A program made the translations under genes and the position numbers. A DNA stretch of 62,896 bases, the filler included, from Octopus bimaculoides (Eukaryota): assembly GCF_001194135.2 (NCBI RefSeq). It is 6 parts of 5 records of this genome, joined end to end, with 100 filler letters (N's around TTAATTAATTAA, not from the genome) between each part and the next. Parts side by side here need not be neighbours in the genome. Positions count along the whole stretch, not along the records: positions 1 to 17,642 come from NC_068982.1; 5 more parts are not named here. One strand, given 5' to 3'. Below are positions 1 through 11,569 of the stretch, piece after piece. Every line of letters starts with the position of its first letter. The first letter of the stretch is position 1. Below the pieces are notes generated by a model, which worked only from the letters and a program-made list of their open reading frames with translations, was not told where the DNA came from and made no database searches.

Positions 1-68
<68 letters not shown>

Positions 69-499
69 ATTGAAGCCATCTACTCGTGTAATATATTTAT
101 GAAACATCTTCCTCCTCTTCATCTACCTGTTGTCTGTCGAATTAAGTAGCTATTGTTCTGTTCCTGAATCTAGAAGATTCGGTGTCTATCATATTATCCA
201 TTCTAATATTCTCCAACCTTCCAACTGAGTGTCTTTCATTACGTTCTGCATATTACTCTAATTCGTTCTTCATTCTCTCATACATACATACATACATACA
301 TACATACATACATACATACATACATACATACATGCATGCATATTATGTGTGTGTGTGTGTGTGTGTTGGTTTATTTCTGTATGTATGTATCTACGTATGC
401 ATATATCCATGTCTATATGTACTCATTTATATTTGCTTCACTCATATCGTTTTCCCTCACTCTCACACCTACTTTTTTCCTCTTCATTTATATGTTTTT

Positions 500-1300
500 A
501 TACTGACGAGTGATATTTACCAAAATCCGTGACTGCGCATTGTAAAGATGTATGTGCGGCACTTTCAGGCTCTTATTCGCTCTTGTCTATCTAATGCCAC
601 ATCTGAGCCATTTTCCAGAAAGTCGAGGAGAATGATCTATTTGTCATCTGCCAAGACAGCCATTATAATTTTCTGTGCCGATCACTTTCATAGATTGAAG
701 CTTCGTTTCCGATTCACAAAGACATGTCTACAATTTGCCCTCTCTCATCAGATGGGGAAAAAATCTGGTTTTGTTGGCCTCAGTCTCTTTCAGCAGATCA
801 GAGCATACTTCACACTATTCTCCCCTTCAAATCGAGTGCTAACTTTCGAGACACTAAATTTGCACACACTTTCAACGTACCCATAAATTTTCACCATTTT
901 CTGTGATACATTACAGCCATAGTCAGTTGTGAAGTAAGCCCCAAAATAGTAAAACACCCTGTCTGCACGAATTATTTCGTGATTCATGTCAGTCATTGCA
1001 GTTGAATTGCCCCCCCCCCCCCCCCGCCGCCACTGCGTTGCTTTTCTTTAGCGCTACTTTTCACATCTTCAGAATACTTTATTCTTCTGAGGATATTGCT
1101 CGTGTATTGTGTTATCTCTGTAAACAATTGTAGCCCTTTGAAGATTTTGGACATCTTGGGCTCCTCTTTCATCAAGAACACAATGAACACCAGGTCCTTA
1201 TGTTCGGAACTCATTATTTACTTACACATAAAGAAGAATTCCCTCAGAGATACTCTAACAAAATGAACGACCTATATGTCAATCAAAATGCTAAACACTG
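500..1300 (-). mobile_element. Decayed RTE-like LINE, reverse transcriptase C-terminal region
   Basis: Minus-strand translations give ordered, degenerate RT motifs with stops and frameshifts: IKYSEDV (~LRYADDV), EIIRADRVFYYFGAYFTTDYGC (~IE.V..F.YLGS.IT.DG.C) and RKL*W (~RLRW). Confidence 0.55.
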
Positions 1301-1706
1301 TTCTGTAATAAGTTGGGCACATCTTTCGTAAACAAGTTTATTTAAATTTAAAGAATAGAGATGGCTATGTGTTTTCTGAATGTAAAGGATACATGAAAGT
1401 GAATCCACGTAATTTGAGTCACACATGTTATATATGTCTTACATAGAATGAATAAAGAAGTTGTACCATTACACATTGGAATTAAACTCATTCTGTGTAT
1501 ATTGGCAACGGTATTGCAGTGGAATACAACACCAAGTTGACATTACGAATTTGAGCACCAAGATACAAATATATTCTAACGAATGCGCGTTCCATTTATT
1601 TTATTTATTTATTTATTTATTTATTTTCCGTACATATAAAGATATATGTGTATGCGTGCGTGCGTGCCTGTATGGATCTATGTATGTATGTATGTATGTA
1701 TGTATG

Positions 1707-1756
<50 letters not shown>

Positions 1757-1876
1757 GGTATGTATGTATGTATGTATGTATGTATGTATGTNNNNNNNNN
1801 NNNNNNNNNNNNNNNNNNNNNNNNNNNNNNNNNNNNNNNNNNNNNNNNNNNNNNNNNNNNNNNNNNNNNNNNNNNN

Positions 1877-1909
<33 letters not shown>

Positions 1910-1924
1910 GATAGTTAGATAGAT

Positions 1925-1959
<35 letters not shown>

Positions 1960-1976
1960 CATACATACATACATAC

Positions 1977-2248
1977 ATAAGAAAAGAAATAGAGCAACAA
2001 TTAACAATTAACAATTAGAAGTTGATCATTGGTATAAAATGGTCATAGCTTAATTGTAGTTCAAGAAAATTTACAGCTGTTTCAGTTTGTTTTTCGTTAA
2101 ATGGAACGAGATAAATGCAAATTTACTTCGAAATACAAACTGAAACAGCTGTAAATATTCTTGAACTACAATTAAACTATGACCTTCTAATACCAATGAT
2201 CAACTTCTAATTATTAATTGTTAATTGTTACTCCATTTCTTTTCTTAT
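1977..2248. repeat. Foldback/MITE-like inverted repeat, ~120-bp arms and ~32-bp spacer
   Basis: The left arm ATAAGAAAAGAAATAGAGCAACAATTAAC...CAGTTTGTTTTTCG matches the reverse complement of CGAAATACAAACTG...CCATTTCTTTTCTTAT with few mismatches. Confidence 0.85.
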
Positions 2249-2395
2249 CTGAATATATTAAACCACGGTTTTACCATTTAATTTACCAACTACTGTTAAT
2301 CTTATAGCAAGGCCTATACATAGTGAGGTAATACACCAGTAGTGCCTACGNNNNNNNNNNATATATATATTCCGTTTATTTATTTTTCGTACATA

Positions 2396-2505
2396 GGTGC
2401 ACGCATGGCTTTGTGGTAAGAAGCTTGGTTCCGAATCACATGGTTCCGGGATCAGTCCCACTGCATGGCATCTTCGGCAAATATATTCTGCTGTAGCCAC
2501 GGGCT
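2396..2505 (+). mobile_element. SINE family A, 5' fragment (tRNA-like head)
   Basis: GCATGGCTTTGTGGTAAGAAGCTT...GGTTCCGGGATCAGTCCCACTGCATGGCATCTT matches the heads of the fuller copies at 37144 and 60171. Confidence 0.8.
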
Positions 2506-2563
2506 TCGAGTTGTGTATAGATCAGTTCCTTTATGTATATGTATGAGATTATCTTCTTAATTA

Positions 2564-4087
2564 TCTATATATATAAAAATGAGAATGTGTGTCTGTCTGT
2601 CTGTCTGTCTGTGTGAATCCCTAAAACTCGAGAACTACGCAACCAATTTCATTCAAATTTTACACATGCCTTACTTAGGGTTCCAGTTGTGTTTTAGTCA
2701 AAAAAAATTATTAACTTCTTGCAGAGTTCGAGCACACGGCAACATAATATCTCCTCCACAATTTAAGTATTACATGTCAAAAGTGAAACAAAAACACTCA
2801 TGTCAAATACTTTCACTTTAAAAATGAAACTATTCCACTAACTGAAACAATCACATTTCGATACTGTAGTGACAGATACTTTCACAGAGAGAGAAAGAGA
2901 GAAAGAGAGAGAGAGAGAGAGAGATGTATANNNNNNNNNNNNNNNNNNNNNNNNNNNNNNNNNNNNNNNNNNNNNNNNNNNNNNNNNNNNNNNNNNNNNN
3001 NNNNNNNNNNNNNNNNNNNNNNNNNNNNNNNNNNNNNNNNNNNNNNNNNNNNNNNNNNNNNNNNNNNNNNNNNNNNNNNNNNNNNNNNNNNNNNNNNNNN
3101 NNNNNNNNNNNNNNNNNNNNNNNNNNNNNNNNNNNNNNNNNNNNNNNNNNNNNNNNNNNNNNNNNNNNNNNNNNNNNNNNNNNNNNNNNNNNNNNNNNNN
3201 NNNNNNNNNNNNNNNNNNNNNNNNNNNNNNNNNNNNNNNNNNNNNNNNNNNNNNNNNNNNNNNNNNNNNNNNNNNNNNNNNNNNNNNNNNNNNNNNNNNN
3301 NNNNNNNNNNNNNNNNNNNNNNNNNNNNNNNNNNNNNNNNNNNNNNNNNNNNNNNNNNNNNNNNNNNNNNNNNNNNNNNNNNNNNNNNNNNNNNNNNNNN
3401 NNNNNNNNNNNNNNNNNNNNNNNNNNNNNNNNNNNNNNNNNNNNNNNNNNNNNNNNNNNNNNNNNNNNNNNNNNNNNNNNNNNNNNNNNNNNNNNNNNNN
3501 NNNNNNNNNNNNNNNNNNNNNNNNNNNNNNNNNNNNNNNNNNNNNNNNNNNNNNNNNNNNNNNNNNNNNNNNNNNNNNNNNNNNNNNNNNNNNNNNNNNN
3601 NNNNNNNNNNNNNNNNNNNNNNNNNNNNNNNNNNNNNNNNNNNNNNNNNNNNNNNNNNNNNNNNNNNNNNNNNNNNNNNNNNNNNNTGGATCTTTATGAA
3701 ATTTGGAAATTATATTCTTTGCATAACGGCCATAACTCCCATGAAAATTGATATATTTTTGATGTTGATGAAATTTTAACCCGAACATAACAGATGAGCA
3801 TTATTTAGAAAATGATGTCACACGTTATCGAGGCTACCATTCTTTCTGGATGTGCAAAAGGGGATGACGTCTTTATTCCAAGAATTCCTCTTACTCCATC
3901 AGGAGCAGACATTCCTTTTACATTCAGAAGACTACAATTCCCCCTTCGTGTGACTTTTGCCATGTCCATAAACAAATATCAGGGTCAAACACTGTCTGTA
4001 GCTGGTCTTCTCTTGGAAGAGCCCTGCTTCTCACATGGACAACTGTATGTTGGCTGCTCAAGAGTGGGCAGCAACAATTATATATAA
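2564..4087 (+). mobile_element. Helitron (probably non-autonomous): 5' TC terminus, internal (GTCT)n and helicase fragment; spans a 757-bp gap
   Basis: Starts A|TCTATATATATAAAAATGAG, followed by a (GTCT)n tract and CTCGAGAACTACGCAACCAATTTCATTCAAATTTTACAC, typical of insect and mollusc Helitron 5' ends. A helicase fragment follows the gap; linkage across the gap is assumed. Confidence 0.65.
3812..4087 (+). pseudogene. Helitron Rep/Hel PIF1-like helicase, C-terminal fragment
   Basis: ORF ...VFIPRIPL...FRRLQFPLRVTFAMSINKYQGQTLSVAGLLLEEPCFSHGQLYVGCSRVGS contains PIF1 motifs V/VI. The conserved NKSQGQT reads NKYQGQT, and the fragment is truncated at both ends. Confidence 0.9.
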
Positions 4088-4522
4088 AAATAGCTAAGTA
4101 TGAGATGGCCTTCCTCAAGAATACATGAGAACCTCTTGCATTTGAAATTGCAATGATAGATAGAGCATACACAGAAATGTAAAAAGCAATCCAGTTACCC
4201 CGTAAATAATTTTATTATCTCCTAAAATGTTTAAAGATTAATCCTAAGAACAGCTTCCACAAATGAAAAAAACTAACTAGCCATTTAAATATTTATCTCT
4301 TTAGGCAATATTATGGCAGCATTACATGCATAAATAGCAAGGTTATAGAATACCGAACAATGAAATTTCGCATGGAATGTATAAGGTCTGTACGACCCTA
4401 AAATAAAAATAAGTTATATGGATAAATCATTAACCAAAATTTCTACGAAATATGAATTTCAATTAGCAATACAAATAATTTTACACCCTACCCACACCCA
4501 GATATAATACATACATACATAC

Positions 4523-4585
<63 letters not shown>

Positions 4586-5177
4586 CATACATACATACAC
4601 TCACACACATATATGTATGTATGTATGTATGTAGGTAGGTAGGTAGGTAGGTATCTTAATATACATGCAAGGATTTCAAAACAATGCGCAAGCAATCGAT
4701 CATTTGCTTGCGTAATGTGTTGAATAAGGGTCAACAAATAACGGAATGCTACAATGAATAACGACCTCATTCGTGCATTTAATTAATATAAGATTGCATA
4801 CAATGATATATTTCCTGGGCATGTGTTACCAGCAAGCATTCTCAGAATTCTACAACACCTTCCGTAAATATAACACCATATTATTCCTGTATATCGTCCA
4901 ATATAAGCCGGCGTTACTTCAAATCTGCGCATTCAAGCAGTTTTAAAACCGTTTATTTTCAAGGAGTATGTTATGTGAAGCTGTGTCGCGAGAAGGTGAT
5001 CTCAAATCTGATATGCAGTACATATTGTTTTTATAAACAATAGTTATAAAAAAAGAATTTTGAACTGTCTTAGCTTTTTGGCTCTGCCCTGGATGTGTGT
5101 GAGTAAATTGTCTTATTTGGCCATGTCCTGGTCTCTTTCTTGTGTCATATATGAGTATGTGTATATGTGTATGAGAA

Positions 5178-5230
<53 letters not shown>

Positions 5231-5419
5231 TGCTTCGTACCAAAATGTCTAAACTGTTGAAAATGTTTTGTTACCTTGAAAGTATTTGGAATGCATAACT
5301 GTTATGAATAACTACAGTTGAAAATTTTTGAAAAATATGATGTGTGGTTGTTGAAAACGCATCATAATTAAAATTGGGACAAGTTCATGGTGTGAAGAAC
5401 CTCTTTACTTATTCATAGA

Positions 5420-5600
5420 AATATATGCCATTATATGTAATGAATTCAGTGAAGACTACATGGGAAGAACCAAACTCACCTAAAGGATAAGAATAAATGC
5501 GGGACAATAAATACGTTGATACCAAGACTAAACAAATCCCATTCAGTGAACTTTTGGACATTTGTGCAAAATCTCCAATTTCTAGTCCTGTGACTTTATC
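5420..5600 (+). mobile_element. Penelope-like element, GIY-YIG endonuclease remnant
   Basis: IYAIICNEFSEDYMGRTKLT*RIRI...QIPFSELLDICAK resembles IYCIIC..C...YIG.T..TL..R...H; contains stops and a frameshift. Confidence 0.6.
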
Positions 5601-7179
5601 TGTACACTATACCACAGACCAAACACAAATAAAATAGTTTATAGAAAAGAGAAACCACTGTCGAACATCTTGTTTACTTTGAATGCTTTGCATAAAAGTT
5701 CCTGCTGGTGAATCACTTTCATCAGTAGAAAGAAGCTCATTAATTATACTTTAATTTTGGGCATAACAAATTTCAGGTACCTTCATTTCATTTTCCCTAA
5801 GAACTCTTTAATTTTCCATATTAGTGCCTGTGGTGTTTGTTATTTTGTTTAATCCAATACATGCACAGCAAGCATACACGCGTATATACGCACCTGCACT
5901 CTCACACATTCTTTTTTACTCTATTTCGCTTTCTTTCTCTGTAACCCTATTTATTTATATTTACTCTGTAAACACAGCATATTCAAATGGATGCAGTGAA
6001 AATTTAAGAACCAAATAATCATATTTATTCGCTTGAGAATTTTCAGCAAATTGCAACAGCAGTTATTCATAACAATTATGCTCAGCAAATCGGTTAAAAA
6101 TAACAATTCTTTTTAAAACGTTCTCTAAAGCAGTATATACAACACAAAAGGACCACACTCCTTGACTAAATAAGATAATATACTCACACAACTACTGGAT
6201 ACAATCAAAAAGCTAAAACAGCAGCTCTAAATTCGAAGGCCACCTCCAGCCTTTATAGCTATTATTTTGACTATAACATGACATAGCCACTGGAAGTAAG
6301 CTTTGTCGTAACCTTCTCGCGTAACTGTTACATATTAACACGCAGACGTTGCGAATAAAGACCGTCCTCAACCTATCAATAAGTTTGCTGATAGCAATCT
6401 GAACCAAATTTTCTCTATAAAATAAGACGAATTTTAGGTCAAGTCAGAAAAGATACAGGTTGCGACACAGATCCACATAACAGACACTTCGAAAGTAAAC
6501 ATGTGGAACCGTTTAAGTGTATGTATATNNNNNNNNNNNNNNNNNNNNNNNNNNNNNNNNNNNNNNNNNNNNNNNNNNNNNNNNNNNNNNNNNNNNNNNN
6601 NNNNNNNNNNNNNNNNNNNNNNNNNNNNNNNNNNNNNNNNNNNNNNNNNNNNNNNNNNNNNNNNNNNNNNNNNNNNNNNNNNNNNNNNNNNNNNNNNNNN
6701 NNNNNNNNNNNNNNNNNNNNNNNNNNNNNNNNNNNNNNNNNNNNNNNNNNNNNNNNNNNNNNNNNNNNNNNNNNNNNNNNNNNNNNNNNNNNNNNNNNNN
6801 NNNNNNNNNNNNNNNNNNNNNNNNNNNNNNNNNNNNNNNNNNNNNNNNNNNNNNNNNNNNNNNNNNNNNNNNNNNNNNNNNNNNNNNNNNNNNNNNNNNN
6901 NNNNNNNNNNNNNNNNNNNNNNNNNNNNNNNNNNNNNNNNNNNNNNNNNNNNNNNNNNNNNNNNNNNNNNNNNNNNNNNNNNNNNNNNNNNNNNNNNNNN
7001 NNNNNNNNNNNNNNNNNNNNNNNNNNNNNNNNNNNNNNNNNNNNNNNNNNNNNNNNNNNNNNNNNNNNNNNNNNNNNNNNNNNNNNNNNNNNNNNNNNNN
7101 NNNNNNNNNNNNNNNNNNNNNNNNNNNNNNNNNNNNNNNNNNNNNNNNNNNNNNNNNNNNNNNNNNNNNNNNNNNNNNN

Positions 7180-7500
7180 ATCGACCCCAGGACTTATTCT
7201 TTGAAAGCCTAGTACTTATTCTATCGATCTCTTTGCCGAACCGCTAAGTTACGGGGACGTAAGCACACCAGCATCAGTTGTCAAGCGATGTTGGGGGGAC
7301 AAACACATACACACACACACACACACATACATATATACATATATACGACGGGCTTCTTTCAGTTTCCGCCTACCAAATCCACTCACAAGGCTTTGGTAGG
7401 CCCGAAGCTATAGTAGAAAACACTTGCCCAAGGTGCCACGCAGTGGGACTGAACCCCGAACCATGTGGTTGGTAAGCAATCTACTTACCACACAGCCACT
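7180..7500 (-). mobile_element. SINE family A (3' end lost in gap)
   Basis: Reverse complement of the family A head, CORE-like segment, internal (CA/TA)n and part of the 3' domain. Confidence 0.9.
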
Positions 7501-8417
7501 GAGAACATTTTTATAAATTATAACATTAAAACGCACACACATACGAGAAATTGGGAAAGAATACATAAGATTACCAAAGACAGCAACGAGGTCCTGAAAT
7601 ACAAGAACTGGAGAGAATAATATAGGAAGAAATAAAAAAATAGATTACAAAAAAGAAACAAAATAATAATCGTAAAGACAGAGAAAGATATCAACAAAAT
7701 GAACGGACAAAATGAATAAACACAAAATCTTTCGTATAGACTCTTGGTAGAAAGTAGAAGAAAAATTATACATATAAAGTGCGTAGGTAGCACTCTATTA
7801 CCATGTGCTAGTCATTCTGAGATCAAAAGGTTTATGATGTTGTCATGTAGATTTTCAGCTTTTGTTTTTTTCTCTAACGCATTTATGCAATGTCTCTCCC
7901 CGTTGTGTTCGATATAATCAAGACCATTGATATCATAAATACCATTGCTATGTCAGTATATCACTAAATTCTATTTTATAATACGGTTACTATATTCGGA
8001 ATATGTTCATTTTGCGGTTTTTGTGATTTTATATTATTCTAATCACATTCTTGCATTTATATGTACATGCAGAATCACATAAGACTAATGCATACTTCCA
8101 CATACGATATACAAATATGCCCATAGATACGCACTCACTTGTACAGTTACCTATTTGTCTTCAACCTTCCTTTGCATATTCGTAAGGAAATGAGCAGAAA
8201 CCCACACGTGCATACAAACACATAAACATAGGTGTGTTACATATATATTCACATATACATATATACATATGTATATATGCATATATCAATATATATATAT
8301 ACATATACATGTATATGTATACATTACACACACTCACACACACACGCAAATATAACTGTTCATACAATTATTTTCATTGTGTCTTCATAATTTTAATACT
8401 GGTTTCAATATTTTACC

Positions 8418-8433
8418 ACTGCTGCTGCTGCTG

Positions 8434-8500
<67 letters not shown>

Positions 8501-8546
8501 GGCTAGTAGTAGTGGTGGTGGGGATGTTGGTAGTAGTAGTAGTAGT
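8418..8546. repeat. (CTG)n(CTA)n followed by (TAG/TGG)n trinucleotide microsatellite
   Basis: Read directly from the sequence. Confidence 0.95.
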
Positions 8547-8685
8547 ATTGTTATTTTGTTATTGCTTTCATTCCTCGTGACTCACAATATGTCTAAATTC
8601 GTCTCTTATACTTGTGACTTATTATTTTCGGTTTATCGTTAATGTCTTCTCAACTCTGATTGTTCTCCTAATATTACTTTTATTG

Positions 8686-9005
8686 AAGGCATGCTAGCAC
8701 ACCAGACAAAATGCTAAGCTGCATTTAGTCTGACCTCAATTCTGAGTTCAAATTCCTCTGAGATGATCTTTGCCTTCCATAATTTTGGTGTAGATGAATT
8801 CAGTAACAGTAATCAACTGGAATAGACGATATCGAATCGCCGCCAGCCCCATACCTTCAAGCGCTGGCTGAATCGTTTGCACATCGAACAAATTCTTGAC
8901 AGCATTTCGTCTGGCTTTACGCTCCGAGTTCAAATGCCGTTAATGTCGACTCCGCCTTTCATTATTTTGAAGTCCATAAGATAAGTAACAGTCGAGCAAT
9001 GGGTT
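8686..9005 (+). mobile_element. Two degenerate SINE family B copies in tandem (~8686-8850 and ~8861-9005)
   Basis: Both carry variants of TGCTTAGC...TTCTGAGTTCAAAT...GACTTTGCCTTTCAT. Confidence 0.65.
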
Positions 9006-9699
9006 GATGGGTGTGTGAGTGTATGAGTGTGGGTGTATGTGTGTGTATGTGCTTGTGTGTGTGTGTGTGTGTGCGTACGTGCGTATGCGTGTCTGTGTTT
9101 CGCATGTGTGCTTGTGTGTATGTATATGGGCTTGCTACTACATTGTATCTGTGCCTTTTATAATGTTGTTCTTAGTGGTACTTTGACCTTCCTTTCACCT
9201 ACACTTTCTTCCCCGCCGCTGCTGCTGCTGTTCTTGATCCTTGCTTTTTATATTGTTTTTGTATCCTTCTGTGTCTCTGTGTTGTTGTTATTGTTGTTGT
9301 GGCGGCCGTTAGGGAATTTATTGTACGTGTGTTTCTCTGTGTATACAGGTTTGCATACTATGTTGTTTGTATCCGTGCCCTTTATATAGTTTTTGTCTGT
9401 TTGTTTGTTTACCTATGTATCACTATTTCTTATATTCCTCATAGGCATGTGCATGTTTGAGTTTTGTGTGTGTATTACACCGTTTGTATCTGTGCATTTT
9501 TTTACTTCTGTTTTTAGTCGTCGTGTTGCGAGGTTTGGTGTTCCAGGATTTACTCCTGTATAGCGGGCTGATCCTATTCGCATCACGCACGCTCGCGCGC
9601 GCACAGGCACGTGCACAGACACACACACACTTAGTTACACGTATGCACACACACACATAGTTACAGAGGAAACATAATAGAAGAAAAGAATGGATTAAG

Positions 9700-10231
9700 T
9701 GGAGCAGGAAGGAACATTCGCAATTCCTCACTCAAAATTCGTTGGCAAGAGCTCCAGGACATACCAGTGATATAAACAAGTTTGGGGATGGTCCTCTAAG
9801 GTCAGTTCATGAATTTTAATGATGTTTTTATTCGTTCGGGAGATCGATGATCGAACTGAACGAGGTTGGTCCTCAAGCGACGAGTGACCATTTCTAAAGC
9901 GTGAAAAAACTCGTAAACTTGTGTCTTGCAGCGTCCTTGTAAGCTGTTTGACGCATGACAGCTGTTTCGGTTGCTGTTTGCCTCAGCAGAAAAGAGAATT
10001 TCCCAGAAGCACGCTGTTCCTTCATTTCAGCCGTAGCAAAAATCGATGAACAGGAGAGTAGCGCTGCAAAACATAGATCTACCACTTGGCTGTACGATGA
10101 CAGCGGATAACGTTGGTCGGCAGACTGATGACTGAGGTTCGCGTTAAGTGGCTTTAAACGGTGGAAGACTGAACCACAACGGGCTTGTCCCACAGAGAGT
10201 GTTTCCGGTTACTTTTGGGTACCCTCACGTA
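9700..10231 (-). mobile_element. Mariner transposon 5' portion (TIR and N-terminal transposase), frameshifted
   Basis: The minus strand starts TA-CGTGAGGGTACCCAAAAGTAACCGGAA (mariner-type TIR). It then encodes MKEQRASGKFSFLLRQTATETAVMRQTAYKDAA / VYEFFSRFRNGHSSLEDQPRS...GMSWSSCQRILSEELRM, the mariner DNA-binding region. Confidence 0.85.
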
Positions 10232-10344
10232 TATATTTATACTCAAATATTCACCGTCTGAAATTCTCCACCTTTTTGCTTTCTCTCGTTTTGCATGCAT
10301 TCATATATGCATATTTTGCATTTGATACCCAAGGTATAACATAT

Positions 10345-10529
10345 CTAATTTGTTTGTCTGCATAATTTGTTTCTATATCCACTCAAATTGATCCCTCTTA
10401 TAGCCACTCTTTACCCTGTTGAATCGATCCCCTGTAAAAAAAAATTGGAGTCTAAGTTTGAATCTTTTGAGCTCTACTAAGAGTCTTCTATACAGAGAAT
10501 CACTGGATCTCATATGTGGACTATATATA
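10345..10529. repeat. Unclassified dispersed repeat, copy 1 (homologous to ~26525-26680)
   Basis: Shared blocks AATTTGTTT.TC.GCATAATT, TTGATCCCTCTTATAG, GATCCCCTGTAAA, ATTGGAGTCTAA and CTGGATCTCAT occur in the same order in both copies. Confidence 0.65.
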
Positions 10530-11569
10530 NNNNNNNNNNNNNNNNNNNNNNNNNNNNNNNNNNNNNNNNNNNNNNNNNNNNNNNNNNNNNNNNNNNNNNN
10601 NNNNNNNNNNNNNNNNNNNNNNNNNNNNNNNNNNNNNNNNNNNNNNNNNNNNNNNNNNNNNNNNNNNNNNNNNNNNNNNNNNNNNNNNNNNNNNNNNNNN
10701 NNNNNNNNNNNNNNNNNNNNNNNNNNNNNNNNNNNNNNNNNNNNNNNNNNNNNNNNNNNNNNNNNNNNNNNNNNNNNNNNNNNNNNNNNNNNNNNNNNNN
10801 NNNNNNNNNNNNNNNNNNNNNNNNNNNNNNNNNNNNNNNNNNNNNNNNNTATATATATATATATATATCCTTATGCGTTGGAGAAGAGAGCGCCGATGCT
10901 ACATCATGCACTTAAACTTTGCTTTCCAATTATAAATCTGCGGCCTCGTTTCATACCCATTCACTAGATGGTAAAAAAATATTGGTTCCTTCAGTGGTTT
11001 CAGACACTTTCAGCAGATCTGAGCAAATATAGAAATCACATCGTACACTCACTGGTGATATGTGTCAGAGATTGTTGTTGATGCTCTCTAACCGGGTAGT
11101 TTAGTCTTAATTCCGGTTCCGCCGTTTTCAGATTGCTTCATCCATCTGTAATTGTCACTGGTGTCATCGTTATGTACAAACTCTAGACTTCTGTGCATGT
11201 TAAATATCCTATCCCTTTCTTCGTCAAGAACTAAATGACAGTACGCTGGTTTTGCTTGGAACCCATTATTTATCGCAATTGAGAACAAGAAAGGAGTTGC
11301 TTTAAAAGTGTTAATCTTACAACGTGTGCAATCTGAATGACTTATATCAGATAATATAAAAGATATACTAGCTTTTGCATTACATTCAGTAGAATCCACG
11401 TCGAAATTTCTAAATATAAGCGATTATATGGTGAGGTTAGAGCAGGTGTCATTCATCACCACCCTCCACCTATGATAAACTAAATAACGTGTTAAGCTGT
11501 AACAAAAGTGGAAGTGACAAATGTTATTTCGTGGTCTCTCAAATGTACTCATATAGAAAAATAGAAATC

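Noticed and set aside
2838-3788. Long ORFs of 200-400 aa here and at 6501-7247, 29551-30826, 32703-33849, 49797-50696, 58669-59525 and 60877-61935
   Set aside because: They stay open only because they run through N-gaps (poly-X); they are not evidence of genes.
6225-6262. AAGGC...GCCTT-CGAA hairpin on the minus strand resembling a hammerhead stem II
   Set aside because: The CUGANGA core is too degenerate (CUAUAAA) to support a call.
8433-8546. (CTA)n followed by (TAG)n able to form a hairpin
   Set aside because: Self-complementarity follows trivially from adjacent complementary microsatellites, with no further structure.
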